8,532 bases of DNA, from the NCBI GenBank assembly GCA_000004985.1, contig GG739064.1. One strand, 5' to 3'. The notes under the pieces were generated by a model. That model was not told the DNA's origin and searched no databases. It saw only the letters and a program-made list of their open reading frames with translations. Shown here in pieces: positions 1 to 8,147 of this stretch; positions within the stretch are counted from its first letter, which is position 1; each line of letters opens with the position of its first letter. This DNA is from Naegleria gruberi. Its lineage: Eukaryota. The translations under genes were made by a program, and so were the position numbers.

Positions 1-145
1 GGAAAGAACCATTGAAGTTGGTGCAGAAGCTGGTTCTAATGCTCAATTAGATCGAGCTGTTGATTTGAATGTAGCCACTAAAAGAAGAGCATCAAGTGTT
101 AAAACTCCAAAATCTCCAGTCGAAGAAGGAATGGATACTGTTTAA
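1..145 (+). CDS. 3' end of an upstream gene; frame with codons at 2,5,8.. reads ...ERTIEVGAEAGSNAQLDRAVDLNVATKRRASSVKTPKSPVEEGMDTV* (stop TAA 143-145); product unknown
   Basis: Open frame from window edge to TAA at 143-145 with yeast-like codons (AGA, GCT, GGT, CCA); below ORF-track length cut-off so not listed; AATAAA overlaps the stop. Only 48 codons visible, so coding status is inferred. Confidence 0.4.
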   Translation, partial: ERTIEVGAEAGSNAQLDRAVDLNVATKRRASSVKTPKSPVEEGMDTV

Positions 146-149
146 TAAA
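144..149 (+). promoter_or_regulatory. AATAAA polyadenylation-signal-like hexamer overlapping the stop codon of the upstream + gene
   Basis: Literal AATAAA at 144-149; the convergent minus-strand gene ends 44 bp away (stop 189-191), implying very short or overlapping 3' UTRs. Confidence 0.3.
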
Positions 150-188
150 GCAATTCTTTTTTGAATAATTAATTATTGAACTAGTTAT

Positions 189-603
189 TTATTTGTGAAC
201 TGTCAAATCTTGATGAATGATATGAATTTTTACAAGTAATTGTCTCAAACAATCCATTGACAATTCCTTTTCCATTTCTATATATGTGAAACAGCCCAAC
301 TTTTCAGCTAGTTTCTCTCCCTGTTCTGTACTCAAAGGAAGTCTATCTTCCAATTTATGTTGAGTTGATAGTAGGGCGTCTCTCTTATCAGCATTATTGC
401 CAATCAGAACGATTGGAACGGAATCTGATATGACACTTCTTAAATCCTTCACCCACAAAGGCAATTCATTCAATAAATAATTTTCTGAAACGTCCACTGT
501 ATCAATAACCAATAAAAAGCCATGATGAACATGTGACTTGTAACAAATATGCAACAAATTCTTATTCTGTTCCAACTCGTGTGAATCATCAACTCCAAAA
601 TCA
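189..603 (-). CDS. Exon 2 of the Ras/Rab-fold GTPase-like protein (…SDFGVDDSHELEQNKNLLHICYKSHVHHGFLLVIDTVDVSENYLLNELPLWVKDLRSVISDSVPIVLIGNNADKRDALLSTQHKLEDRLPLSTEQGEKLAEKLGCFTYIEMEKELSMDCLRQLLVKIHIIHQDLTVHK*)
   Basis: Collinear match to the Ras/Rab core: 'YxxxxHGFLLVID(T)' corresponds to 'YYRGAHGFLLVYDIT', 'VPIVLIGNNAD' to 'VPIMLVGNKCD' (G4 NKxD becomes NNAD), 'EQGEKLAEKLGCFTYIEMEK' to 'EEGEALAKELGIPFLETSAK' (G5 SAK becomes MEK); stop TAA at 191-189. The 'M' at 638 in the ORF track is a TTG codon. Confidence 0.6.
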
Positions 604-650
604 CTTTCATTTTCAATTAATTTCCTCAATTTTCTCAAATATCTACTTAC
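604..650 (-). other. Putative 47-nt spliceosomal intron (GTAAGT...AG, phase 2) joining the two ORF frames of the GTPase-like gene; alternative explanation is a frameshift/pseudogene
   Basis: Donor gtaagt at 650->645; of all downstream AGs only those leaving exon start at 633, 624 or 603 restore the frame of ORF 189..638; 603 gives a plausible 47-nt intron with a TTAAT branch-like element about 13 nt before the AG. The acceptor (aatgaaag|T) is weak and no TACTAAC is present, so this is uncertain. Confidence 0.35.
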
Positions 651-1009
651 GAAAATCCAATAAACACATTCTCACCCATAAATTCCTGTTCCAATCTCAT
701 AGCTTGAAAAACCTCTTGATTTGTAATCCTACTCAAAAAGTCAATTCTTGATTTTTTGCATTTCCCAAAACAAGCCCAAGATAACGGTTCATAATCACTT
801 GTTTTTGGAATTTTATCCTCCAAAACTGAAACTTTTTCAATATTTGCCATTCGGAAGAAGTGATGATCATTATTTTCCTCATCGTGATGATGATGATGAA
901 TTGGTTTTCGTAAGGTTTCTAATAGAAGTTTATGCTTGTGATGATGCTGTTGAACATCAACAAGATCTTGCTGAATGATTTTGCCAACTGCTGAAAGTTC
1001 AGAAAACAT
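651..1009 (-). CDS. Exon 1 of a Ras/Rab-fold small-GTPase-like protein with a His-rich N-terminal extension (MFSELSAVGKIIQQDLVDVQQHHHKHK...PIHHHHHDEENNDHH...MANIEKVSVLEDKIPKTSD...FMGENVFIGFS)
   Basis: ATG at 1009-1007 (minus) in aaaaaaaATG context; ORF 647..1009 in track; 'KVSVLEDKIPKTS' aligns to the beta1/P-loop 'KIVLLGDSGVGKS' but with both Gly replaced (E, P); exon ends at 651 immediately before GTAAGT (650..645 on minus), which overlaps the in-frame TAA. Confidence 0.55.
884..899 (-). repeat. (CAT)4CAC trinucleotide microsatellite encoding His5 inside the GTPase-like gene's N-terminal extension
   Basis: Plus strand gtgatgatgatgatga at 884-899; a second His cluster (HHHKHK) lies at about 930-950. 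Confidence 0.8.
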
Positions 1010-1559
1010 TTTTTTTCAAAGTTCTCAAAAATCAGTTAGTTTTTTGAAATAGTTTACAATAAATCAAAGACTACGGTTTGTTAATTGTAAATTATTAAAT
1101 AAAGAACATTCACAAATAATACAATAACACCTCAATATTCAAAACACCAGCTTCAACATTCAAAGCAATCAAATCGAAACAACTTCCAATCAAAATTTCC
1201 ATTCCGAGCAGAAATTCGAACAACCAGCTTCGAACTTCCACTGAACATTGCCATCACTCATTGTAATCCGTCATCTCATTCTCGTTCCACCACATTCAAT
1301 CAATTACCTCGGAAAGACTTTCAAAATTGATCTCTTTCACATTCAAGAAATTTTTCAACTCGAATTTTCTTCTGCGCAACAAACTTGTTTTTTAAGCTCT
1401 TGATTACGGCGCTGATTTAAAAAGATTTGCGCCAACGATTTGAATTTTTACAACTTAAAAAAAAAATCACAAAAGTTTGGAAAGCCTTGCTCGTGCATAA
1501 ACTTTTTTTGATCAAAACAAAAACTACACACTAATTTCCTCCTCACACTCCCGAAAAAG
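1010..1559. promoter_or_regulatory. Divergent intergenic or promoter region shared by the minus-strand GTPase-like gene and the + strand PB1 gene; contains an A10 tract (1457-1466) and two copies of an ACCAGCTTC[A/G]AAC motif (1146-1161, 1223-1238)
   Basis: No ORF of note; both flanking genes point away from it; T8 (1011-1018) directly abuts the minus-strand ATG; the poly(dA:dT) tract and repeated motif were seen directly. Confidence 0.5.
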
Positions 1560-2094
1560 ATGACAACCTCAAGACAAGCTCCAGTGACCAAGATTAGAGT
1601 TTATTACAAATCACTTTCTAATCCACCATCTAGAAATCAAGATCCACAAGAAGAAGTGCAATTAAAGTTTGTTTATACTAACTTGAAATATGCTCCTCAT
1701 GAATTGACATGGAAGAATTTCCGTTCCGATCTTCAAGTTCAATTGGCCAAGCATTTGGGAAAGAGTGTCAGTACACTTGATTCTGTTGTTTCCTTTATTT
1801 ACAATGATCAAGAATTTGAAATTGAATCAACTGATGATTCAGCCTTTTTGAGTCAAGTATTGCAATCCAATACTTTGGATCAACGTTTGGATGATATTAT
1901 TGTCTTGATGAGTCCAAAGCTTTTGAATAGAAAGCAACTTCCATTGATGGATACTAGTGAACCATTGCACGTTATGGAACTCGTTGATGAAGGTGACAAG
2001 TATAAGAAGACTATCACTGTTGGTTTGCATCAACATGGTAAACTCTATGTTAGATTAATGAATGGTGTTACTGTTTCCAAGTTATACTTTTTCA
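1560..2094 (+). CDS. 5' part (178 codons) of a gene encoding an N-terminal PB1-type ubiquitin-fold domain followed by a second beta-grasp-like segment; continues into the N gap
   Basis: ATG in gaaaaagATG context; uninterrupted ORF with strongly yeast-like optimal codons (TTG, AGA, GGT, CCA, CAA, GAA, GCT); 'KIRVYY..' (beta1 Lys) plus 'SFIYNDQEFEIESTDDSAFLSQVL' matching the PB1 OPCA motif Y.DEDGD.V.I.SDEEL; second block 'KKTITVGLHQHGKLYVRLMNGVTVSKLYF' looks ubiquitin/RA-like. Family assignment is by eye only. Confidence 0.7.
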
Positions 2095-5000
2095 NNNNNN
2101 NNNNNNNNNNNNNNNNNNNNNNNNNNNNNNNNNNNNNNNNNNNNNNNNNNNNNNNNNNNNNNNNNNNNNNNNNNNNNNNNNNNNNNNNNNNNNNNNNNNN
2201 NNNNNNNNNNNNNNNNNNNNNNNNNNNNNNNNNNNNNNNNNNNNNNNNNNNNNNNNNNNNNNNNNNNNNNNNNNNNNNNNNNNNNNNNNNNNNNNNNNNN
2301 NNNNNNNNNNNNNNNNNNNNNNNNNNNNNNNNNNNNNNNNNNNNNNNNNNNNNNNNNNNNNNNNNNNNNNNNNNNNNNNNNNNNNNNNNNNNNNNNNNNN
2401 NNNNNNNNNNNNNNNNNNNNNNNNNNNNNNNNNNNNNNNNNNNNNNNNNNNNNNNNNNNNNNNNNNNNNNNNNNNNNNNNNNNNNNNNNNNNNNNNNNNN
2501 NNNNNNNNNNNNNNNNNNNNNNNNNNNNNNNNNNNNNNNNNNNNNNNNNNNNNNNNNNNNNNNNNNNNNNNNNNNNNNNNNNNNNNNNNNNNNNNNNNNN
2601 NNNNNNNNNNNNNNNNNNNNNNNNNNNNNNNNNNNNNNNNNNNNNNNNNNNNNNNNNNNNNNNNNNNNNNNNNNNNNNNNNNNNNNNNNNNNNNNNNNNN
2701 NNNNNNNNNNNNNNNNNNNNNNNNNNNNNNNNNNNNNNNNNNNNNNNNNNNNNNNNNNNNNNNNNNNNNNNNNNNNNNNNNNNNNNNNNNNNNNNNNNNN
2801 NNNNNNNNNNNNNNNNNNNNNNNNNNNNNNNNNNNNNNNNNNNNNNNNNNNNNNNNNNNNNNNNNNNNNNNNNNNNNNNNNNNNNNNNNNNNNNNNNNNN
2901 NNNNNNNNNNNNNNNNNNNNNNNNNNNNNNNNNNNNNNNNNNNNNNNNNNNNNNNNNNNNNNNNNNNNNNNNNNNNNNNNNNNNNNNNNNNNNNNNNNNN
3001 NNNNNNNNNNNNNNNNNNNNNNNNNNNNNNNNNNNNNNNNNNNNNNNNNNNNNNNNNNNNNNNNNNNNNNNNNNNNNNNNNNNNNNNNNNNNNNNNNNNN
3101 NNNNNNNNNNNNNNNNNNNNNNNNNNNNNNNNNNNNNNNNNNNNNNNNNNNNNNNNNNNNNNNNNNNNNNNNNNNNNNNNNNNNNNNNNNNNNNNNNNNN
3201 NNNNNNNNNNNNNNNNNNNNNNNNNNNNNNNNNNNNNNNNNNNNNNNNNNNNNNNNNNNNNNNNNNNNNNNNNNNNNNNNNNNNNNNNNNNNNNNNNNNN
3301 NNNNNNNNNNNNNNNNNNNNNNNNNNNNNNNNNNNNNNNNNNNNNNNNNNNNNNNNNNNNNNNNNNNNNNNNNNNNNNNNNNNNNNNNNNNNNNNNNNNN
3401 NNNNNNNNNNNNNNNNNNNNNNNNNNNNNNNNNNNNNNNNNNNNNNNNNNNNNNNNNNNNNNNNNNNNNNNNNNNNNNNNNNNNNNNNNNNNNNNNNNNN
3501 NNNNNNNNNNNNNNNNNNNNNNNNNNNNNNNNNNNNNNNNNNNNNNNNNNNNNNNNNNNNNNNNNNNNNNNNNNNNNNNNNNNNNNNNNNNNNNNNNNNN
3601 NNNNNNNNNNNNNNNNNNNNNNNNNNNNNNNNNNNNNNNNNNNNNNNNNNNNNNNNNNNNNNNNNNNNNNNNNNNNNNNNNNNNNNNNNNNNNNNNNNNN
3701 NNNNNNNNNNNNNNNNNNNNNNNNNNNNNNNNNNNNNNNNNNNNNNNNNNNNNNNNNNNNNNNNNNNNNNNNNNNNNNNNNNNNNNNNNNNNNNNNNNNN
3801 NNNNNNNNNNNNNNNNNNNNNNNNNNNNNNNNNNNNNNNNNNNNNNNNNNNNNNNNNNNNNNNNNNNNNNNNNNNNNNNNNNNNNNNNNNNNNNNNNNNN
3901 NNNNNNNNNNNNNNNNNNNNNNNNNNNNNNNNNNNNNNNNNNNNNNNNNNNNNNNNNNNNNNNNNNNNNNNNNNNNNNNNNNNNNNNNNNNNNNNNNNNN
4001 NNNNNNNNNNNNNNNNNNNNNNNNNNNNNNNNNNNNNNNNNNNNNNNNNNNNNNNNNNNNNNNNNNNNNNNNNNNNNNNNNNNNNNNNNNNNNNNNNNNN
4101 NNNNNNNNNNNNNNNNNNNNNNNNNNNNNNNNNNNNNNNNNNNNNNNNNNNNNNNNNNNNNNNNNNNNNNNNNNNNNNNNNNNNNNNNNNNNNNNNNNNN
4201 NNNNNNNNNNNNNNNNNNNNNNNNNNNNNNNNNNNNNNNNNNNNNNNNNNNNNNNNNNNNNNNNNNNNNNNNNNNNNNNNNNNNNNNNNNNNNNNNNNNN
4301 NNNNNNNNNNNNNNNNNNNNNNNNNNNNNNNNNNNNNNNNNNNNNNNNNNNNNNNNNNNNNNNNNNNNNNNNNNNNNNNNNNNNNNNNNNNNNNNNNNNN
4401 NNNNNNNNNNNNNNNNNNNNNNNNNNNNNNNNNNNNNNNNNNNNNNNNNNNNNNNNNNNNNNNNNNNNNNNNNNNNNNNNNNNNNNNNNNNNNNNNNNNN
4501 NNNNNNNNNNNNNNNNNNNNNNNNNNNNNNNNNNNNNNNNNNNNNNNNNNNNNNNNNNNNNNNNNNNNNNNNNNNNNNNNNNNNNNNNNNNNNNNNNNNN
4601 NNNNNNNNNNNNNNNNNNNNNNNNNNNNNNNNNNNNNNNNNNNNNNNNNNNNNNNNNNNNNNNNNNNNNNNNNNNNNNNNNNNNNNNNNNNNNNNNNNNN
4701 NNNNNNNNNNNNNNNNNNNNNNNNNNNNNNNNNNNNNNNNNNNNNNNNNNNNNNNNNNNNNNNNNNNNNNNNNNNNNNNNNNNNNNNNNNNNNNNNNNNN
4801 NNNNNNNNNNNNNNNNNNNNNNNNNNNNNNNNNNNNNNNNNNNNNNNNNNNNNNNNNNNNNNNNNNNNNNNNNNNNNNNNNNNNNNNNNNNNNNNNNNNN
4901 NNNNNNNNNNNNNNNNNNNNNNNNNNNNNNNNNNNNNNNNNNNNNNNNNNNNNNNNNNNNNNNNNNNNNNNNNNNNNNNNNNNNNNNNNNNNNNNNNNNN

Positions 5001-6707
5001 NNNNNNNNNNNNNNNNNNNNNNNNNNNNNNNNNNNNNNNNNNNNNNNNNNNNNNNNNNNNNNNNNNNNNNNNNNNNNNNNNNNNNNNNNNNNNNNNNNNN
5101 NNNNNNNNNNNNNNNNNNNNNNNNNNNNNNNNNNNNNNNNNNNNNNNNNNNNNNNNNNNNNNNNNNNNNNNNNNNNNNNNNNNNNNNNNNNNNNNNNNNN
5201 NNNNNNNNNNNNNNNNNNNNNNNNNNNNNNNNNNNNNNNNNNNNNNNNNNNNNNNNNNNNNNNNNNNNNNNNNNNNNNNNNNNNNNNNNNNNNNNNNNNN
5301 NNNNNNNNNNNNNNNNNNNNNNNNNNNNNNNNNNNNNNNNNNNNNNNNNNNNNNNNNNNNNNNNNNNNNNNNNNNNNNNNNNNNNNNNNNNNNNNNNNNN
5401 NNNNNNNNNNNNNNNNNNNNNNNNNNNNNNNNNNNNNNNNNNNNNNNNNNNNNNNNNNNNNNNNNNNNNNNNNNNNNNNNNNNNNNNNNNNNNNNNNNNN
5501 NNNNNNNNNNNNNNNNNNNNNNNNNNNNNNNNNNNNNNNNNNNNNNNNNNNNNNNNNNNNNNNNNNNNNNNNNNNNNNNNNNNNNNNNNNNNNNNNNNNN
5601 NNNNNNNNNNNNNNNNNNNNNNNNNNNNNNNNNNNNNNNNNNNNNNNNNNNNNNNNNNNNNNNNNNNNNNNNNNNNNNNNNNNNNNNNNNNNNNNNNNNN
5701 NNNNNNNNNNNNNNNNNNNNNNNNNNNNNNNNNNNNNNNNNNNNNNNNNNNNNNNNNNNNNNNNNNNNNNNNNNNNNNNNNNNNNNNNNNNNNNNNNNNN
5801 NNNNNNNNNNNNNNNNNNNNNNNNNNNNNNNNNNNNNNNNNNNNNNNNNNNNNNNNNNNNNNNNNNNNNNNNNNNNNNNNNNNNNNNNNNNNNNNNNNNN
5901 NNNNNNNNNNNNNNNNNNNNNNNNNNNNNNNNNNNNNNNNNNNNNNNNNNNNNNNNNNNNNNNNNNNNNNNNNNNNNNNNNNNNNNNNNNNNNNNNNNNN
6001 NNNNNNNNNNNNNNNNNNNNNNNNNNNNNNNNNNNNNNNNNNNNNNNNNNNNNNNNNNNNNNNNNNNNNNNNNNNNNNNNNNNNNNNNNNNNNNNNNNNN
6101 NNNNNNNNNNNNNNNNNNNNNNNNNNNNNNNNNNNNNNNNNNNNNNNNNNNNNNNNNNNNNNNNNNNNNNNNNNNNNNNNNNNNNNNNNNNNNNNNNNNN
6201 NNNNNNNNNNNNNNNNNNNNNNNNNNNNNNNNNNNNNNNNNNNNNNNNNNNNNNNNNNNNNNNNNNNNNNNNNNNNNNNNNNNNNNNNNNNNNNNNNNNN
6301 NNNNNNNNNNNNNNNNNNNNNNNNNNNNNNNNNNNNNNNNNNNNNNNNNNNNNNNNNNNNNNNNNNNNNNNNNNNNNNNNNNNNNNNNNNNNNNNNNNNN
6401 NNNNNNNNNNNNNNNNNNNNNNNNNNNNNNNNNNNNNNNNNNNNNNNNNNNNNNNNNNNNNNNNNNNNNNNNNNNNNNNNNNNNNNNNNNNNNNNNNNNN
6501 NNNNNNNNNNNNNNNNNNNNNNNNNNNNNNNNNNNNNNNNNNNNNNNNNNNNNNNNNNNNNNNNNNNNNNNNNNNNNNNNNNNNNNNNNNNNNNNNNNNN
6601 NNNNNNNNNNNNNNNNNNNNNNNNNNNNNNNNNNNNNNNNNNNNNNNNNNNNNNNNNNNNNNNNNNNNNNNNNNNNNNNNNNNNNNNNNNNNNNNNNNNN
6701 NNNNNNN
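2095..6707. other. Run of 4,613 N (assembly gap or masked block); no sequence information
   Basis: Literal n characters; ORF-track entries 1560..6734, 2062..6759 and 2092..7119 are X-translation artefacts across it. Confidence 1.
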
Positions 6708-7055
6708 GTTGATTGGATTCTACGTAGGAAATGATATTAAATGGTTGTCTGACAATTAAATTTCCATAACATTGAGGTCCGAAATATAAAGTATGTCCAT
6801 CATTCAATTTTCTGAATAATTTTACAATATCCATGTGAAAATTGTAATCTTTAGAATAAGTTTGTTGGGAAATCTTCTCCATTTCTGCCATCAAATCAAC
6901 ATGAATATTATAGAGAGGTGAATTTTTGGTTGCTTCCCTAAACACAAATAATGGAAGAGTCTTTCGAATAGTTTCGATTGTTTGCGTAAAGATATTCTCC
7001 GAGAAGGGAATACTCTCAACACATGATCTAACAGATTCCACAGGAACAGGAGTAC
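6708..7055 (-). CDS. Exon 2 (partial, continues into the gap) of a secreted protein: G|TPVPVESVRSCVESIPFSENIFTQTIETIRKTLPLFVFREATKNSPLYNIHVDLMAEMEKISQQTYSKDYNFHMDIVKLFRKLNDGHTLYFGPQCYGNLIVRQPFNIISYVESNQ...; family not recognised
   Basis: Long open frame on minus strand emerging from the gap; frame is joined to the signal-peptide exon only by the first AG after the branch-like site (exon starts at 7055, phase 1). The track's 'M' at 7119 is a TTG directly after a TAA. Confidence 0.55.
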
Positions 7056-7151
7056 CTTTACCATATCCCAACCAATGAAGAAATAATATTGTGAAATTGT
7101 GAAATAAATTGATGATCAATTAGTGATGTGAAAAAAATCAAAACCACTCAC
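7056..7151 (-). other. 96-nt intron of the secreted-protein gene (GTGAGT donor at 7151->7146, CACTAAT branch-like element at 7125->7119, first downstream AG at 7057-7056)
   Basis: Exon 1 is 112 nt (37 codons + 1); no AG occurs between the donor and 7057; the AG at 7057-7056 is the only nearby one giving the required phase (exon 2 start position congruent to 2 mod 3). Confidence 0.5.
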
Positions 7152-7263
7152 CTGCTTCAAAAGCACAAAATTGTTGTTGTGCAATAACCGACAAGGCGGA
7201 AATCAGCAACAAGACAAGAATTGATGCGAGAGTGAAAAAACTCTTGTGATGAGATGTTGACAT
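7152..7263 (-). CDS. Exon 1 of the secreted-protein gene: MSTSHHKSFFTLASILVLLLISALSVIAQQQFCAFEA(G), a classical N-terminal signal peptide
   Basis: ATG at 7263-7261 (minus) preceded by A9 (plus-strand T9 at 7264-7272); hydrophobic core LASILVLLLISALSV then polar AQQQ; ends at ...GAAGCAG|GTGAGT. Confidence 0.6.
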
Positions 7264-7449
7264 TTTTTTTTGGAATGGAAACTTGAAAATCTTGAAAAGA
7301 ATCTTTCAAATTTTCATACAATTTCACAAAATCTTTATTCGATTTTTATTGATATTTGTGGACCTGCCAACTTTCAAAAAGATTAAAGAATCCAGCTCAT
7401 AAACATTGAAAAACATGTTTTCTAAAATTTGTTGTTTGAAAGATGAGAG

Positions 7450-7953
7450 TTATTTCTGTATTTCTTTTAAAATAATCTTTCCAATCGATTTGGGAAAGTC
7501 AATTCTTAAACACTTGTCGTTATAATAGCTTATTCTTTCCAAATTGGGCATTTGTGATACAAGATTCGAAACTCCAATCTCTTCTATTGCTGTATAATTA
7601 ACAACTAGCTCAGTAATCGAACTGAATTTCAATAAATGTTCTCCAAAATCATTGTAAATTCCATTCTTTTTAAATATTTTCAAGTTTTTAAGCAGTTCAG
7701 GTTTTAAATATGAAAATACTTTTGGTGTCCAATGACCATTCTCAAAAGTAAGTTCTTCCAGTTGACCATTTGGAATGAAAATATGTCTGAATATCAAGTT
7801 TATATTTCCTATTCTAAATCTGCCGAAAAAATACTTGATGAATTCACATTCCGAACCGAATAGTTTCTCTTCAAATTGGAGAAAGGATAGAATATCCTTA
7901 GTAACTTCTGAAGGAATCTCTCGATAGAGAAAATCAACTTGATATTCAGACAT
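7450..7953 (-). CDS. 167-aa protein, MSEYQVDFLYREIPSEVTKDILSFLQFEE... ; N-terminal segment weakly resembles an F-box (L..EIP.EV...ILSFL), remainder unassigned
   Basis: ORF 7450..7974 in track; real ATG at 7953-7951 in aataaaaaaATG context (the track's 'M' at 7974 is TTG); TAA at 7452-7450; codon usage is low-bias (many ATA, CTA, CTG). Confidence 0.5.
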   Translation of the reverse strand: MSEYQVDFLYREIPSEVTKDILSFLQFEEKLFGSECEFIKYFFGRFRIGNINLIFRHIFIPNGQLEELTFENGHWTPKVFSYLKPELLKNLKIFKKNGIYNDFGEHLLKFSSITELVVNYTAIEEIGVSNLVSQMPNLERISYYNDKCLRIDFPKSIGKIILKEIQK

Positions 7954-8073
7954 TTTTTTATTTGAAATAGTCAACAGTTCAACAATTTAATCTTTGCAGT
8001 TCTCAATTGATTTAATTCCTCCATTTATTATTGCTGATATTTATGTCTTAATGAATAATGGAAAATGACAGAA

Positions 8074-8079
8074 GGGGTT

Positions 8080-8110
<31 letters not shown>

Positions 8111-8146
8111 TGCAGAAGGTCTAGGGTTCGATTCCCTATGACTCCA
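8074..8146 (+). tRNA. tRNA-Ala, anticodon UGC (73 nt, no encoded CCA), nuclear Pol III gene
   Basis: Folds by hand into a cloverleaf: acceptor GGGGTTA/TGACTCC with the Ala identity pair G3:U70; D arm GCTC-AGTTGGTA-GAGC (A box TAGCTCAGTTGG); anticodon stem TCTGC/GCAGA with loop TTTGCAT (anticodon TGC); variable AGGTC; T arm TAGGG-TTCGATT-CCCTA (B box GGTTCGATTCC); discriminator A. Confidence 0.93.
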
Positions 8147-8147
8147 A

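Noticed and set aside
533-978. + strand ORFs 533..751 and 748..978
   Set aside because: Antisense shadow ORFs of the minus-strand GTPase-like gene; low-complexity, no motif, overlap a gene with clear homology
1210-1236. GAAATTCGAAC / TTCGAA elements resembling a heat-shock element
   Set aside because: Spacing is GAA-n1-TTC-n0-GAA, not the required alternating nGAAn pentamers
1323-1330. AAAATTGA, the giant-virus early-promoter octamer, in the intergenic region (and again inside the GTPase-like coding sequence)
   Set aside because: Spliceosomal intron signals, signal peptide, Pol III tRNA terminator and yeast-type codon usage point to a cellular eukaryote; an AT-rich 8-mer is expected by chance
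1839-2036. Minus-strand ORF 1839..2036 (65 aa)
   Set aside because: Lies antisense within the codon-optimised PB1 gene; no start context
1560-7119. ORF-track proteins of 1,724, 1,565 and 1,675 aa spanning the N run
   Set aside because: Long strings of X are translated N; only 1560..2094 (+) and 6708..7119 (minus, extended to 7263 via an intron) are real sequence
604-7151. Nematode origin (A-rich Kozak, F-box and Sel1 families)
   Set aside because: Neither intron has the TTTCAG acceptor that nematodes require; Gly and Leu codon choice (GGT, TTG) and branch-site-plus-first-AG splicing fit a yeast-like fungus better. The organism call remains uncertain.
7282-7310. Tandem cttgaaaat/cttgaaaag 9-mers and TTGAAA-N6-TTTCAA inverted repeat just upstream of the secreted-protein ATG
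   Set aside because: Short, AT-rich, likely within the 5' UTR; not distinguishable from chance composition
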